Assembly (NCBI RefSeq): GCF_964204645.1
Contig: NC_134026.1
Span: forward strand, 21,052,150 to 21,116,149
From: Tubulanus polymorphus
Taxonomy: Eukaryota > Animalia > Nemertea
DNA: 64,000 bases
Direction: 5' to 3'
Positions 11,782 to 24,700 of the stretch are shown here, piece after piece. The notes beneath the pieces were generated by a model. That model was not told the DNA's origin, made no database searches, and saw only the letters and a list, made by a program, of their open reading frames with translations. Numbering within the stretch: position 1 is the first letter of the stretch; every line of letters starts with the position of its first letter. Both the position numbers and the translations under genes were made by a program.

Positions 11782-13120
11782 CTGCAATAAATTACGGCGG
11801 ATATTTTGATTTTAATTTTGGTCTTATGATACATATTTTTGCCAATTTAGTTCACCGCGCGCGTGTGAAAGGCAAGGATTTTGCGACAACACTATAGAAA
11901 AATATACCATTCAGTAAAAGGATACGATTTTCTTAAAAAGGATACAAACAGTTACTACACCATATGGTAGACCTACTTCAAAACAGACTGCTCTCTAATA
12001 TTTCTAAAATACATTTGAATAAATGTATACTGATTAGTTATTTTCCAGAAATAATGTGAAATGTGTTTACCTCTGCTGACAATTGATTGATTTCGCCTAC
12101 CGTTTGCCGTTTTATCTGTCATTGCAATCGTTGTTTCGCTGGTTTTTTTCGGATATCCGGATTCGGGGCGTGAACGTGAGTCGCGATGGGCCCGTCATTT
12201 GTGTCTGTGGGAACGCTGATCCGACGCTTCCGAATTGCTGCTTCTGCAACAAGTATTTCCGGTGGTAAATCAAGATTAACGATACTAACAACGTTTCGGT
12301 TGTTAGAACTCGCTGCACGAAATTTCCTGATTTGAACTCCTTCGGGGTTAATTAAAAGACGTTAGGAACCTCGCGTAGTTCGTAAATCGCGTTAGTGGCA
12401 CGCATATTCGCAATTCAAAAACCATCATCGCCACGATTCATCTAATAACCTTATGCTATTTGCGGTATTTCGTTTGTTAATCAAGCCGTGCAAAAACGCT
12501 CCTTTGGGCTTTATGCCGAGGTCTAAAATTATGCGATAGTGAAAATAACAACGAAAGCAATTGAAAGTATGGTATACATCTCCCTTCATCCTCTAGCGCT
12601 GAATATCGAACTACTGGTGTTAAGCGTATGACACACTTTATAGGGCTATAGTTTTATCGAATAATGATCAATATTAGAGACTATTCAATCAAAGCTGCAT
12701 TTTTTCATCGGTTTTATTCGACTCGACACACATCTAAGCAAATCAACTCAGGGCGAATCTATATTCATCGAATTATATCACTCTCATAGGAACGAAGAAT
12801 CCAATAATCAGAATCAAATAATGCTAGACAAATGACTGGTTGTTAAAACCAAAAATTTGGAAAATTACGAAAGTAAAGCTTGTGACAGTCTGGGCGTATT
12901 TTATCGGTGTATTTCCTCGAATCAACCTTTTATTCGCCGGATTTGCATACAGTCGACGAGTTCGGTGAATAGATTCGCGCGAATCGAGCGTGTTTGATAC
13001 AATCGTTGAATTCCAGTGCGCCTTAGTATATCACCCCCCGAAGAATTCAGCGAATTCGAGCTTTTTAAAATGAGCGAAGAACTAATAACGGGGCTGCATT
13101 TCTTCGACCTGTGTCACCCA

Positions 13121-13209
13121 GGGCTCAGTTCCACAGTTGTGAGTTAGTGCTCATTTTCAATGAGTTAACTCGGAGTTAAATCTTAACTCAGAACTGTGGA
13201 ACTGGACCC
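13121..13209. mobile_element. Short MITE (Harbinger-like termini)
   Basis: TIRs GGGCTCAGTTCCACAGTTGTGAGTTA / TAACTCAGAACTGTGGAACTGGACCC. Confidence 0.7.
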
Positions 13210-13500
13210 TGTATTATAATCTATCTCTGGGATGAGCAACTATTTCGCTGTTTTCCACAGTTCTGTCTTAAAATCTATTATTACACCACGAGCTAATTCT
13301 AACTACAACCATGGACATATAAACTAATCACATGCGGCCAACTACAACTAATAATAAGATATACAAGCACCGTGTTATCTTACAGTATTCTATATACCGG
13401 TCAGATAAGATATGTTACCCATTCAATATCGATATGTTTTGGCGAGATTTTGCGCTTAATAAGCCTATGTTTGATCGATAGACGGCGGACATATTTTGAC

Positions 13501-16500
13501 ATGGATTCGATAACTAAGGATATCCTACAGAAATTACTTCACATATTTCTCGACGTAGCCTGCGTTACTTTGGGTAAGTCGACCTGCTTACGGAATCTGT
13601 TTTCGTAAAAAAGTTATTTATGCTTGAGATTTGATAATACCACACGGCAATTATGACCGCATTACAGCCATCTACCTCGGCGCAGGCGACCACGATCTGT
13701 CGAATTTTTTTGCGATATCGAATGATCGTCGTCTTCAGGTTTCGGTAATCTCTTTCAGTTGGCTTACCTCCGATTCTTTTGAAATATTACGGATCGCCTT
13801 ATTACAGAGGATTTTTCTGCGATGATGAAGATTTGAAACACCCCTATCTGCCGTCCACGGTCTCGTGGAACACTACAGTAGCCGTCGGTGTACTATTACC
13901 TATCGGCATCGTGAGTTCCTTTATTTTCATATATAATCCCACTTTTTTGCGCCCGAAATAATCCCCTAGCCGTAATTCATATGACCTTTTTTTTTAGTTA
14001 GGATCAAATGATCAACCAAGATGATATCACATGTAATATATACAGCCGATATATACCCCCGATATACCGCCCACATCGGCACAGAACGATTCCGGCGGTA
14101 TAGAGAGTATGGCGGTATATCGAAGGTGTTTTACTATGTATTTGTATAGATGCGTACATTGAGAAAACCTGGCGGTAGGCGGGGATGGAGGTATATAGGA
14201 TGGGAGGGCGGTATATCGGGGTTGACTGTATATGTGTTTGTGAACGAATAGAGTAAGGAAAGATAGGCGAAAATTCTCAGACGTTTTGATGATCAGATTT
14301 ATTTGTAAAATCGAATCACACTGGCTTAGTTGACGAACTAGCAAGCCGCGTCGCTGCGATTTATTCCACTAAGAAGAGATCAGTCAGTCAGCGCTATCAA
14401 TTTCGGAGAGTTAATTCGTTTGATGACAAGCTATCCAATTTCGCATGCAGATAAACATTCCCATCTAAATCGTCTGTCTCCGTTGTTCAATCATGCCTCG
14501 TATAAATCGTCAATTTATGTTTCTTATAATCTTCTCCCGACGGTGTTATTTCGAAGTTGATGAGAATGTTTGTTTTAGTATCAGAACTGTAAACGTTCTT
14601 TTGTTCTTTATCTTCGTAGATATTTGTGGTAGAATGCGTGAAATATTGCATGTCGTACGCGAGCCACCAGGTATTCGATCATTACACTATCGGTCGTGTG
14701 TCGATCAACAAATGGCTATGGACCTGGTACAAGGAGGCTGGTAAATTCGCTTTCGGACTCGCGTTCAGTCAGTCGTTCAACGACATAGGCAAATATGCTA
14801 TTGGACGGCTCCGTCCTTACTTCCTCACAGTCTGCAAACCATTAGCCAGCGCCTGTGCAAATGGAACGTTTATCACGTCGACGGACGTTTGCACCGGCAA
14901 CTCGGCCGAAATACGAGAAGCCAGGTACTTTTCAAACGTTGTGTACAATGCTGGGATACGGAGACCTGGAGGTGATATGGTGAAAAAACGAAAAACGAAT
15001 ATATTGTTTTCGTGGGAACGAAATAATCTTTTCGTTGGAATATTTGGTTTTCGCCGTGTTACTTCCGGGGCCCCGTACTGGGATAATGCAGTCAAACAAA
15101 GAGGGAAATTTAGGGGATTCGAAGTTAGTCAATGCAACACTTTAGAACTAGACATCCCACACAACAAGGGCCTTGGTTTTACTTTGAATGATTCTGGCAG
15201 CCAATCGACCTCCAACATAACTGTCGCCTTAAACCGGTTCTCCTAAATTCCGTCTCACCCGCACCGTTTGCACCAGGTTCTGCTAACCTACCGCTTGCCG
15301 CTATACGTTGAAGAAATTGTGTGTAGAAATTGGTTCGTCCCACGAATAACTCGATATACTGCATTCCTCTGGGTGATATCATTTGCTTTTGAAATTGATA
15401 TAAATTGATGGGCTCTGTCTCATACTCGATTTGATTTTTTGACGCCTTATAAAACGTTACCATTATGAAACCTAAACAATGATAACCATTCAGCGTCATT
15501 TTACAAACGACAACCGTAAATCGATGTGCAAAACGTCACAGGTTTATGTGTACACATACAAGCTATTTGGCAAAATATTATTGATAAAGATGCAGAATGG
15601 CTCCCTGGGATTATATAATGACCTCTATTTGAACGTTGAAATGTTATATCGCATTGAATATCATGAGAAGACGTATTGTAATAGTAAAGGATGTATGATT
15701 ATATCAGGGGCGGCAGGGATAAATAGAAATGATAAGTAAATCGGATTATTCGGTTAAATGGCGGATGTATACACGATTTGGAAGTCTGATATAAAAGTCA
15801 GACCCTGACATGGGGATGCTAGTGGAATGACGGAGCTATCTATATCTATAAAAACGTGTAAACATATAATTTCAATATTCAAATGTTTTAGAAAATATGT
15901 TCGATATTAGACGTATGCAGGTTTCATGAGATTAGCAATTTATAATAGCATAGCTGTCATATACGGCTCCGCGTCCACTGATGGCATGTGTATAAGGTGA
16001 CAATTAAATTCAACACTTTATTGATCCTTATTACATTGAAATTCCGGGATAAAATTCCAAAAATCAATACATTTACAAATTTTAAAATAAGAAAATACAA
16101 GACACACGGGTAATCCATACAGAATAACATGAATAAGTTAATTATATGACAATGTCTACTTCTACCCAGACTCAAGTCTAGGATATCAAGTGACAGCCAG
16201 ACCGGGCCCCAGGACCGGGCTGGCTGGCTACACGCTATATGCTCAAAGTCATGATGAAGCAGACATCAGAAGAGCTCTTTCTTCAACCATGGAGGCAATG
16301 AAGTTGCAGACCAGCTTAGAGGCAAAAGTGAATCGAAGTCACAAGTTGACAATTTTTTTTTAAATTAGACCAGTCGAAGACTGTATCATCTACCCAATCG
16401 CCAAATCTCATAATTCCCGAAATTTCTTAAAACTTCGATTTCAAATTTGCAATTCCACATTAGCTTATACCAGAAATTCTACATTTTTTCGCAGGCGTCA

Positions 16501-17799
16501 AATAATTTATTAAAGTTAATTTTCTTGTTGCGATTGTTATCTCTAAAGTTGCAACACAACCTAATGTTATTTTCAATTCAATACAATACAACGAGTACTT
16601 GATAGGTTAACTAGTGTGTTTGACGCACAAGCTTTCGCTACTAGTTCGGGTATAGTAGCTTCATCGGGTGAATGAACAATAGTACGTTTGTCCATATTTT
16701 TACACTAACTAGTAGCGAATGCTCATGCGTCAAATATACTAGTTAACCTATAAAGTTCTATTCGTCTCGTTGTATTTATTCTACACCGGGTTAACACGGT
16801 TTCTTAAGTTCCATTCAACGAAGTAATCTTCGGAACCTATTTCAGGTTATCGTTCCCGTCTGGACACGCATCCTATGTTTGGTACTGCGCACTTTATTTG
16901 GCTGTAAGTACCTTCGGAACAAAAAAAATAATATTCCTGGAAAATATTCAGCGCTCTTCTGAATTATTGAATTCCATCAAGTAAATGGTCCGTCGGTGAC
17001 GGCATAATGGAACAGAATTTATTAGCATTCGGAGTGCAATTTTATAATTTATGCTCGCATGTAATAATTTGCAGATTTATATCCAAGTTCACATGAAATG
17101 GAAGGGCAGCACTTTGTTGAAGCACTGTCTGTCCGGAGCTGCTCTGCTGATTGCGTGCTACGTGTGTTTTACCCGCGTATCTGACTATAAACATCACCCG
17201 TCTGACGTAATAGCCGGTGCTTTCATTGGTATTGTCGGCTGTCTTTTAACAGTGAGTTTTCCATTAAACTCCATTATCAGTATTTCCTGTCATAATTCTT
17301 GAACTGGTTTCCATTTCACAGAAAAAAAACTGATGTGAACTACACATTCCTCCGAACACGGACGTATTAGATTAGATCTATCTTATACGTCCATGCTGCA
17401 GTTTCCACGCTGTGCTTAAGTGCCCTATCACTATTTCGTCATGCGCACAATTTTATGCACATTATTCATCCATACATTTTTCCTAAGTGGTTTTCATTAT
17501 CATTTTTACACTTAAATTATTAGACCTAAATTAGAAACGGTTATTTTTACGTTTCATCATCTATTTTTCCAATGCCGGATATGACAATCATTCTGATGAG
17601 GCCCGTACATCCATCGTACATATGCTACGAGCAATCGTATCCGTTGAGATGATTGCTCACAGGTATATTCAAAGCTCCTTGTGATTTTCAGGTATACTGT
17701 GTTTCGGATTTATGGTCACGGAATCCCTCGTACGAAAGCCAACCTCTACTGCCTCAAGACAAACAGCAAATCCTCGATGAAAAGACAGCAGTTTTTTGA
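13501..17799 (+). CDS. Phospholipid phosphatase (PAP2/LPP, wunen/PLPP1-3 family), 6 coding exons
   Basis: Exons 13501-13573, 13759-13910, 14620-14924, 16846-16903, 17075-17251 and 17692-17799 join in frame. Motifs: RGFFCDD, C1 KYAIGRLRP, C2 SFPSGH, C3 TRVSDYKHHPSDV. Confidence 0.92.
14043..14228. mobile_element. TA-flanked pogo/Tc1-like MITE in a PLPP intron
   Basis: TA-CAG...CCCCGATATACCGCC and GGCGGTATATCGGGGTTGACTG-TA. Confidence 0.55.
16585..16776. repeat. Inverted repeat (~60-bp arms) in PLPP intron 3, Penelope-like end structure
   Basis: The arms 16585-16646 and 16707-16776 are near reverse complements. Confidence 0.75.
16626..16670 (-). ncRNA. Minimal type-I hammerhead ribozyme-like motif (Penelope type)
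   Basis: Minus strand: CAC-CCGATGA-A-GCTACTA-loop-TAGTAGC-GAAA-GC-TT-GTG. Stem II is 7 bp, stem I is CAC/GTG, and stem III is the palindromic AAGCTT. The core has a U4->C variant. Confidence 0.5.
17357..17395. repeat. Loopless ~39-bp palindrome with CA...TG ends
   Basis: CACGGACGTATTAGATTAGA|TCTATCTTATACGTCCATG; no clear flanking duplication. Confidence 0.6.
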
Positions 17800-17820
17800 T
17801 GTCGGTTCAATGAATGCCAC

Positions 17821-17844
17821 CAAAAATATACATATGTATTTTTG
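17821..17844. mobile_element. 24-bp palindrome flanked by a 7-bp duplication in the PLPP 3'UTR
   Basis: ATGCCAC-CAAAAATATACATATGTATTTTTG-ATGCCAC. Confidence 0.6.
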
Positions 17845-18768
17845 ATGCCACTTTTTGAAATACTTAGTGCAGAAACTGCTTCGTGGTCGTATATACTCTC
17901 TAACTGATGGTATTCGGCCTCGAACCAGTTGAATTACGAATTCAAAATGTGAATTGGAAATTTGTGAAAATTAAGACAATAAATATAATTTTGAAGTTTA
18001 TCGCAAGGAGTGTTTTATTCAATTTTGGCACCGTACCCAGGAGTGGATCGAGGATAGTTGAGACTATTTCCAGTCTTGCGTATAGTAATTGCGTGAACAC
18101 CCACAATGCAGTCAAGAAACAATGGTTATTGTTTGATTTTGACGTTTCCAGTGGAATACTTCCTACCATCTTCATTTTATTCAGATTTATTTCAAATGAA
18201 ATTTTTGGTGGATCTAGGGTCTGATTCAGGGATGTGCACTGGCCAAAATACCAATCAAAAGGGCACTTTCTCAATCTAAAACGTACTATAAATCCAATTT
18301 TTGGAAATACAGAGAACAAATTTATGGTAAATGTACATAAACTGGTTTATGTACATTTTGCCAATTTTGAAATATTTAGGGGATGCGCATCCCCCGATCA
18401 CTCTGGCCTCGAATTGAGAACTCTCCCCTCGGTGTATGAGCTTCATTGTTACCAACGCTCAGACACGGTCCACTTAAGGCTTCAACGATAATGTTAATCG
18501 AAAAAGGCTAAAACTCTTTGGCTCCGGAAGGACCGACGCAACTGAAAGGTCAGCATCCGGCGCACCCGTCCGGAATGTTATGATTCATCATTCAGGCCAG
18601 GCCAGATACCGACAATTAGGGACGATGAACAACGACGACCTTGAAAGTAATGTGGAGTATACAAAATGGCGTTCGATGGAAACTTTTTTGCTCCGCAAAA
18701 TCAATTTTGCGCAATTTCCCAGCAGCGTTTTGGCTAAAATAAGACAGTTGGAAAGATAACACCGAGCC

Positions 18769-21700
18769 ATGAAGACCTTTAAACTGTGGGTCCATCAGAA
18801 AAGCCAGAAAAATTTCCACAGTAAGTTTTTTTACAGCGTAATTCTTACGTTAACTGTTTATCTGACTCTCATATACAATTTAAAAATAAATTCATTAAAT
18901 TGATTATAGGCTTATGTATAAGTATAGTTTCGAGCTAAGGCTCAGCCTTCGCTGTGTGCATATATTTTTTACTTACTTTATATTTGTGTGGGGTAGAATG
19001 ATGGCGTTTTACATATTCCTTCCAGATCAAGAATTAGTCATCAACCCCAAGGAGTTCCCGAATATAAATATCGGTGATGTCGTTGAGGTGTACCACCCGG
19101 AAGACAACTATTCTCGACTTCTGGTTCAAGTCACATCTCTCAGGGAGGACTTTCAACAAAAAGGTACAAATAGCTTTAATTTGTTAAGGAGGGGCAGTGT
19201 TATAAAATCAAATCCTATCAAATAGATAGGCCTATGACAACCTTCATACCGGTATTTCAAATACGCTAAATGTTTTAAATCAATATTGAAAATCAGGCTG
19301 GAAGGTATTGGTCCTAACAGGTCTCCGTTGTAAAGTCAAGGTTCGGATTCACCAGTTTAAGCCCATGTTGGTATGTAGATAGAAATATGTAAATAGGCCT
19401 ATATGTTTGATTTTTTTTTTTCAGAAACCATTAGTGTGGAACAAAGCGTTGCGAATGCTTTCCAGTTGAGAACCTATCAAGATGTCATTGTTAACGTAGT
19501 GGACAGAAAGGTTGATTGTTAAGATTTTGGTTATAAATGTAACTAGAGTTTTTGTATTAATGATATTTTTTGTTACATCAACAGGCAGTGGCCCTAGATC
19601 TTGTTGAACTGACCTTCAAAGAGCAATACTTCAGTCGGAGTGACATGTGGAGATTGTCCAAAACGCTGGTAAGTATAGGAACACTTCATCCAGCACCCCT
19701 CTTAAGGCTGGTCTTGATAATAAAGATTTCTTGAAATTATTATTCGACTAAAAGTTTGGAGCTGGAAACTATATTTTATTTGTTTTCCAGATAAACACTT
19801 GCGTGTACAAAGGCAAGAAGGTAGAATTCGCAGAAATGAGGTCGGTGTATATATCATTGATGAGTTTAAATTTATGAATATATATCGACTGTTAGCAATT
19901 TTGATTTCGTTACAGAGCTCAAGTTTACGAAATGTGGGCGAAAGGAGAAAGAATGGCCTGCGGTGTTTTTACAGACACTACTAAGGTATTATTCCTCATT
20001 TTGATTATTGAAGATTAGTCTATAAATACACTTAGGTTGTCTATGATAACTTCGCAGTTTGCATTGTGTAACCCCAGCAGGACGGCCATATCTGTTGAGG
20101 CTAATATTTGACGATCATGCAGCAAACTTTCGGGAAATTTCATAAACATGAAAAAAGTGATGTATGAATGAATTATTTTCATCAGTATGAATGATATAAA
20201 TCACCCTTAGGACAAGAATGATAATGATTATTGAAAATTATGAATTACAATAATCTGAAAAGCAAATCTCTGAACACTAATTGTGAGCTTTGAAACCTGT
20301 ACAGGGTGAAAGTATTGCTACGTGTATTATAGGGACAAGATGAAGACTTTTGGGTGGACATGAATAAGACAATTACTAACAATACACTTTGCTCAAGTCT
20401 GATTATTAGGGACTGTAAAAGTATCATGTTTGACTTAAGTAATATCCGTGATACAAAAGAGTTAGTGTCGCAGAAAATATTTCAACAAACATCTGAGTTG
20501 GGCAGAGTCTGCTGTATATAATGATGATTTAAAAAGATGACGATTTAATTGAATTTGATACTTTTTACTAACAGATTGTATTTAGATCTTCGACAGCGGT
20601 CGTCACAATATTCCTTCAAATGAGCAGTGAAATGTGGGAGTTCGATGGCTGTGGCGACCTTTACTATGAAAAGGCTGTTGGATTTCTACGAGAATTATTC
20701 TCAATTTGGAAGGTATTTTATGTGTAAATTCATGTTGTAGCTATATAAATCATTCTGTGTGAAGCTGTAATAATAATTATGCCCCAATTCGATAATGAAT
20801 CTTGTCAACATTCAGCTGTCAGAAAATGAATAGATACTCTGTCATTCTTGTTACGTGAAATTCCTAATGAAATTTATGTTGCAGGATAAAAATTGTTGCC
20901 ACGATGTGACGATTGTAATGTTTTCAAGAACGTTCTACGATGCTCATTCGCTAGGTAAGATCAAATCAGTGTTTCTGCATAAATTTCTGTTGCTGTTGTC
21001 TTCAAGTACATGCTGTAGGAATGTTGAATACAGCCACAGGAATGTTTATTATATACTGGGAGCCCACTCGCATAAATATCTATAACTGAGCCCATAGGAT
21101 TACTCTTGACGAATTGAAATAGGTTAAAAGGTTACCCACTTTCAGCGATTGTATGAAAATGAATGATCCCCCAGTACTATGAAAACCATTTCGATTTGTA
21201 GAGGAGTTCCCTGAGTCATCGAGAGACTGTTTACGGCAAGACCACGAAGGAAAGTTTTATGAAGATTTCTACAGGTTTGCGTTACATTTACTAAGCTCAA
21301 AGCACCTTTTCTCTTTCTGCAATCTTAAGATCTTTCTCTTAACGGGATACCTTTCACGTTATCCTGTTTTTATTTTTGCATTTATGATTATCAAAATGAT
21401 TTGGTAATATCTGTAAAAAATTTCGCAATATCCTTTCAGAGTTGTCGTCCAAAACGAAAGGTATGACGACTGGTCTTTGACTCTGATCGAGCTGAAGAAG
21501 TTATTCGTTCAATACCGCAAGAAAGTTTTGCAGTATCACGAAGGCGTGAAAATGCCGAGAGCGTGGAACTCTACGGCTGCTCAGGGAAACTTTCTCGAAG
21601 TCATCAACATGTCATTAAACGGTGAGATTTCAAATTGATATACAGGCTACAGTAGAACATAATAACAATCTGCTCGAAACAAATTTATAGGTCTATAAAC

Positions 21701-24700
21701 TTTTAAGTTGTCCACTTTTTAACCGTTCTACTTTGTTCAGTTCTCCCAGGATTACTATGGTACCGGTATTATACAAAGCCGCAAACTAAGGCATCTAAGA
21801 GTCAGAATGTTCTAAACACTTGCGTCAACGTCACTATTCCTCAATTCTTTTATACCTACCCCTATCATGATAATCTTATCTTATAACTTGCATTCATTGC
21901 TTGTATTTAAATATTTCATTACAGCTTATGAAAAGTATTTTCTGGATCGTAATTTTGACCGAACGGGTAAGGTTTCGTTGGTCATAACTCCCGGCGCCGG
22001 TGTGTTCGAAGTCGACCGCAAACTTACCAACATTACCAAACAGCGAGTCATAGATTATGGTAAGTATATCATTGAAACTTAAGACTCATTGCTAAAACTT
22101 TTATTGAATGGTATGTGCTCTAGCAATATTATATGTTACTGTTGTCAAAAACTTCGCTTACCGGTAGCTCAGACCAATTTTGCCAGTCCAAGTTTGTCCG
22201 AGTTAGGTGATGTTAACTGTAGTTTAAATTTTTTAAATGCACCGAATTAGCATTGGTATAACATTGTGTTAGAGCTCTCGTGTTCAGATTAGATGGTCTA
22301 GCATTGCACTTAAAATGTATTCCTCTCGGCGCAGACTTCATTCACAATGCTCAGATATGCTAGACAATGTCACTTACCGGTATTCCTTCAAAGTATTACA
22401 TTTCCATCGGAAATCAGAACTGCCAAAAACACAACCCTACAAACCTTCATTCAAATGTTGCATTTCATCTTGTTTTAGGTGTCGGTATGGACATTGTGTG
22501 TATGGCTGAACAGCCTCTTCACGCGGTGCCACTGTTTCGCTTTCATTGCAAGAATAAGCAAAACGACACATCAATCGATGTCGGCGACGACTACAATCTC
22601 CCACATTGGACTAATGTTAGGTACGACGATCCGGCTTAGTAGGAACCTTCGAGGGGCTGTGGGTAGGGTTCATGTCCCGGCTCGGCCTGAAGTACATGTA
22701 AATGAAGGTGAATCCAGCGAGATGCCCCATGTCTCACAATTGACCCATTGGCAGCCTTGTCAACTAATTTGGTTAAATTCTTCCCTGTAACAGTGCTAAC
22801 AGTGTTATTCGAGTATTCGAACTGGGTCCTGTAGATTTGAAAACTTAGTAATTCGATAATAAACTTAGATAAACTCAATGAATGCAGTCTAATCGTGGCC
22901 TTAATTCGAATCTTAACTGATTTTCAAATTCGTTTATTTCAGTTTCTATCATTCGCGTTCGCAAGTGCAAACCAGCAGTAACACTCAGTTCACGCCTCGC
23001 ATAAAACTCGGAATTAAATCGCAGAACGCACAAAAGGTGGGCAACTAAACTGATGAAATTCAGAGAGTATAGAATTCCAAACCGGTTTAGCGGGGTTCCA
23101 TATACTGTTTTGTAAATGCGAATATTGATCGTTTCAATCCTTTCCTCTTTCAGAACCACAAAGACAGAAGGGAATCATCTACATGTGAGTGCCATCAATA
23201 CCTTGGAAAATAAGCTTACAAATATGTAACTGTCATCGTAATTCTTTCAAGTTGAGATATCTTAAAAGTGGCGACTGACTGGCATTAGTGTGCAGGAACT
23301 AATGAGATATCTCATAGCGGGCAGACAGCTTATGGATTTTACAATCAAGATATTATGAAAAAAATGTATGCATTCGCTGAATGATTTCATTTTCAGTTAT
23401 TAACATGCATACGGCTTGTCACCTGCCGGTATCGGATTCGAGTCCGGATAATTTCCCCTTCGTTGACTACGATGAATACGACGCCCAAGTGTTCAAACCA
23501 CCGAGTGCTCGTCTCATGAAAGGGTATGTATATCTAATATTAGCCATTCTGTTATGCTATATTTGACACACAGTTTTATTAGCGTATCATTATTTTTGAA
23601 TTTTTTCAATGAAATGTCTGCGTCTGATCTAATTACGGTATTGATGGAATGTCGATTTCTGATTACTATGTGACTTTGTGATGTGAAATGTGTCTGACTC
23701 AACATGTCAAACACAGTTAGCAATGGCCTATCGGGAAAAAACATTTTTCTTAAATATTACAATTGCTTCTTGATGAAACAAGGCACTGGGGATAAGTGTC
23801 TTGCCCAGGGATAGTGGTATTGTATCGAGAGTTAGGACCAACAACCTGGAATTCTCGAACTATTCACCTTAAACATGTATATTCGAATATCGCGAACTGA
23901 AAATTAATCTAACCTTGTAGAAACGAAGCATCCGATATAATAAAACCGATGTAAGTATGAGACGATATGATACAGAAGAACACTGTTCATGCGTATATAT
24001 CTATGGGGGTTGTACGTACTTGCGTACGCACTAGCTTGTAGTATCATTTGAAATCAGGAGTGAAAGGACTTCAGTGGTGGCTGAGCATATATGTTATGAT
24101 ATCTATGAGAATATGTTGCGATCACTTTGTGTAAATTCTTTTCGTTGTGTTGTACGCGTGACTCTCGTTTTCTAATCGCATGTTATTTCTGTACGCTATA
24201 TACCGAGTTGTTAGAAGAAAAGCTTCTTGCTTCTTTTGGAAGTTCTAACTTGTTTTCCTTATTTGGTATTTTCACTAGACGATGTATATAGGTTTCTAGA
24301 AAATTTTTAACATCTGCTGTCAAAGGAAAGTGGGGCATTTCACTTTTTTTTGTTGATTATTTGTTAAATCATTGCTGTAAAAGAAACTTTTTTGTTTGAT
24401 TTTGTCACTTGAAACTGGTTTCATTTGAATTGGTAGAAAATTTGCAGCTGATTGTTCATGATTAATGTGTTATCATTGGCCAGTTTAGTCTGCTTTTTTA
24501 AGAATCTTCCTCAAATGTTTCACTTCTCTGGACTTCTGATATGCTGAATTTGAAAATGTGCATTTGGGTACGACTACAATCTAGGCTATGTTTGCTTGTT
24601 CTGAAAGTAGGAAAAGAAAATACATTTCAACCTTTTTAGTTGGCAATCTTGCTCGAATGAAAAATAATGTTGAATATTTTGCTGTCGATTTTGTTTTCAA

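Noticed and set aside
17590-17620. CTGATGAG hammerhead core
   Set aside because: No closing stem II or GAAA follows.
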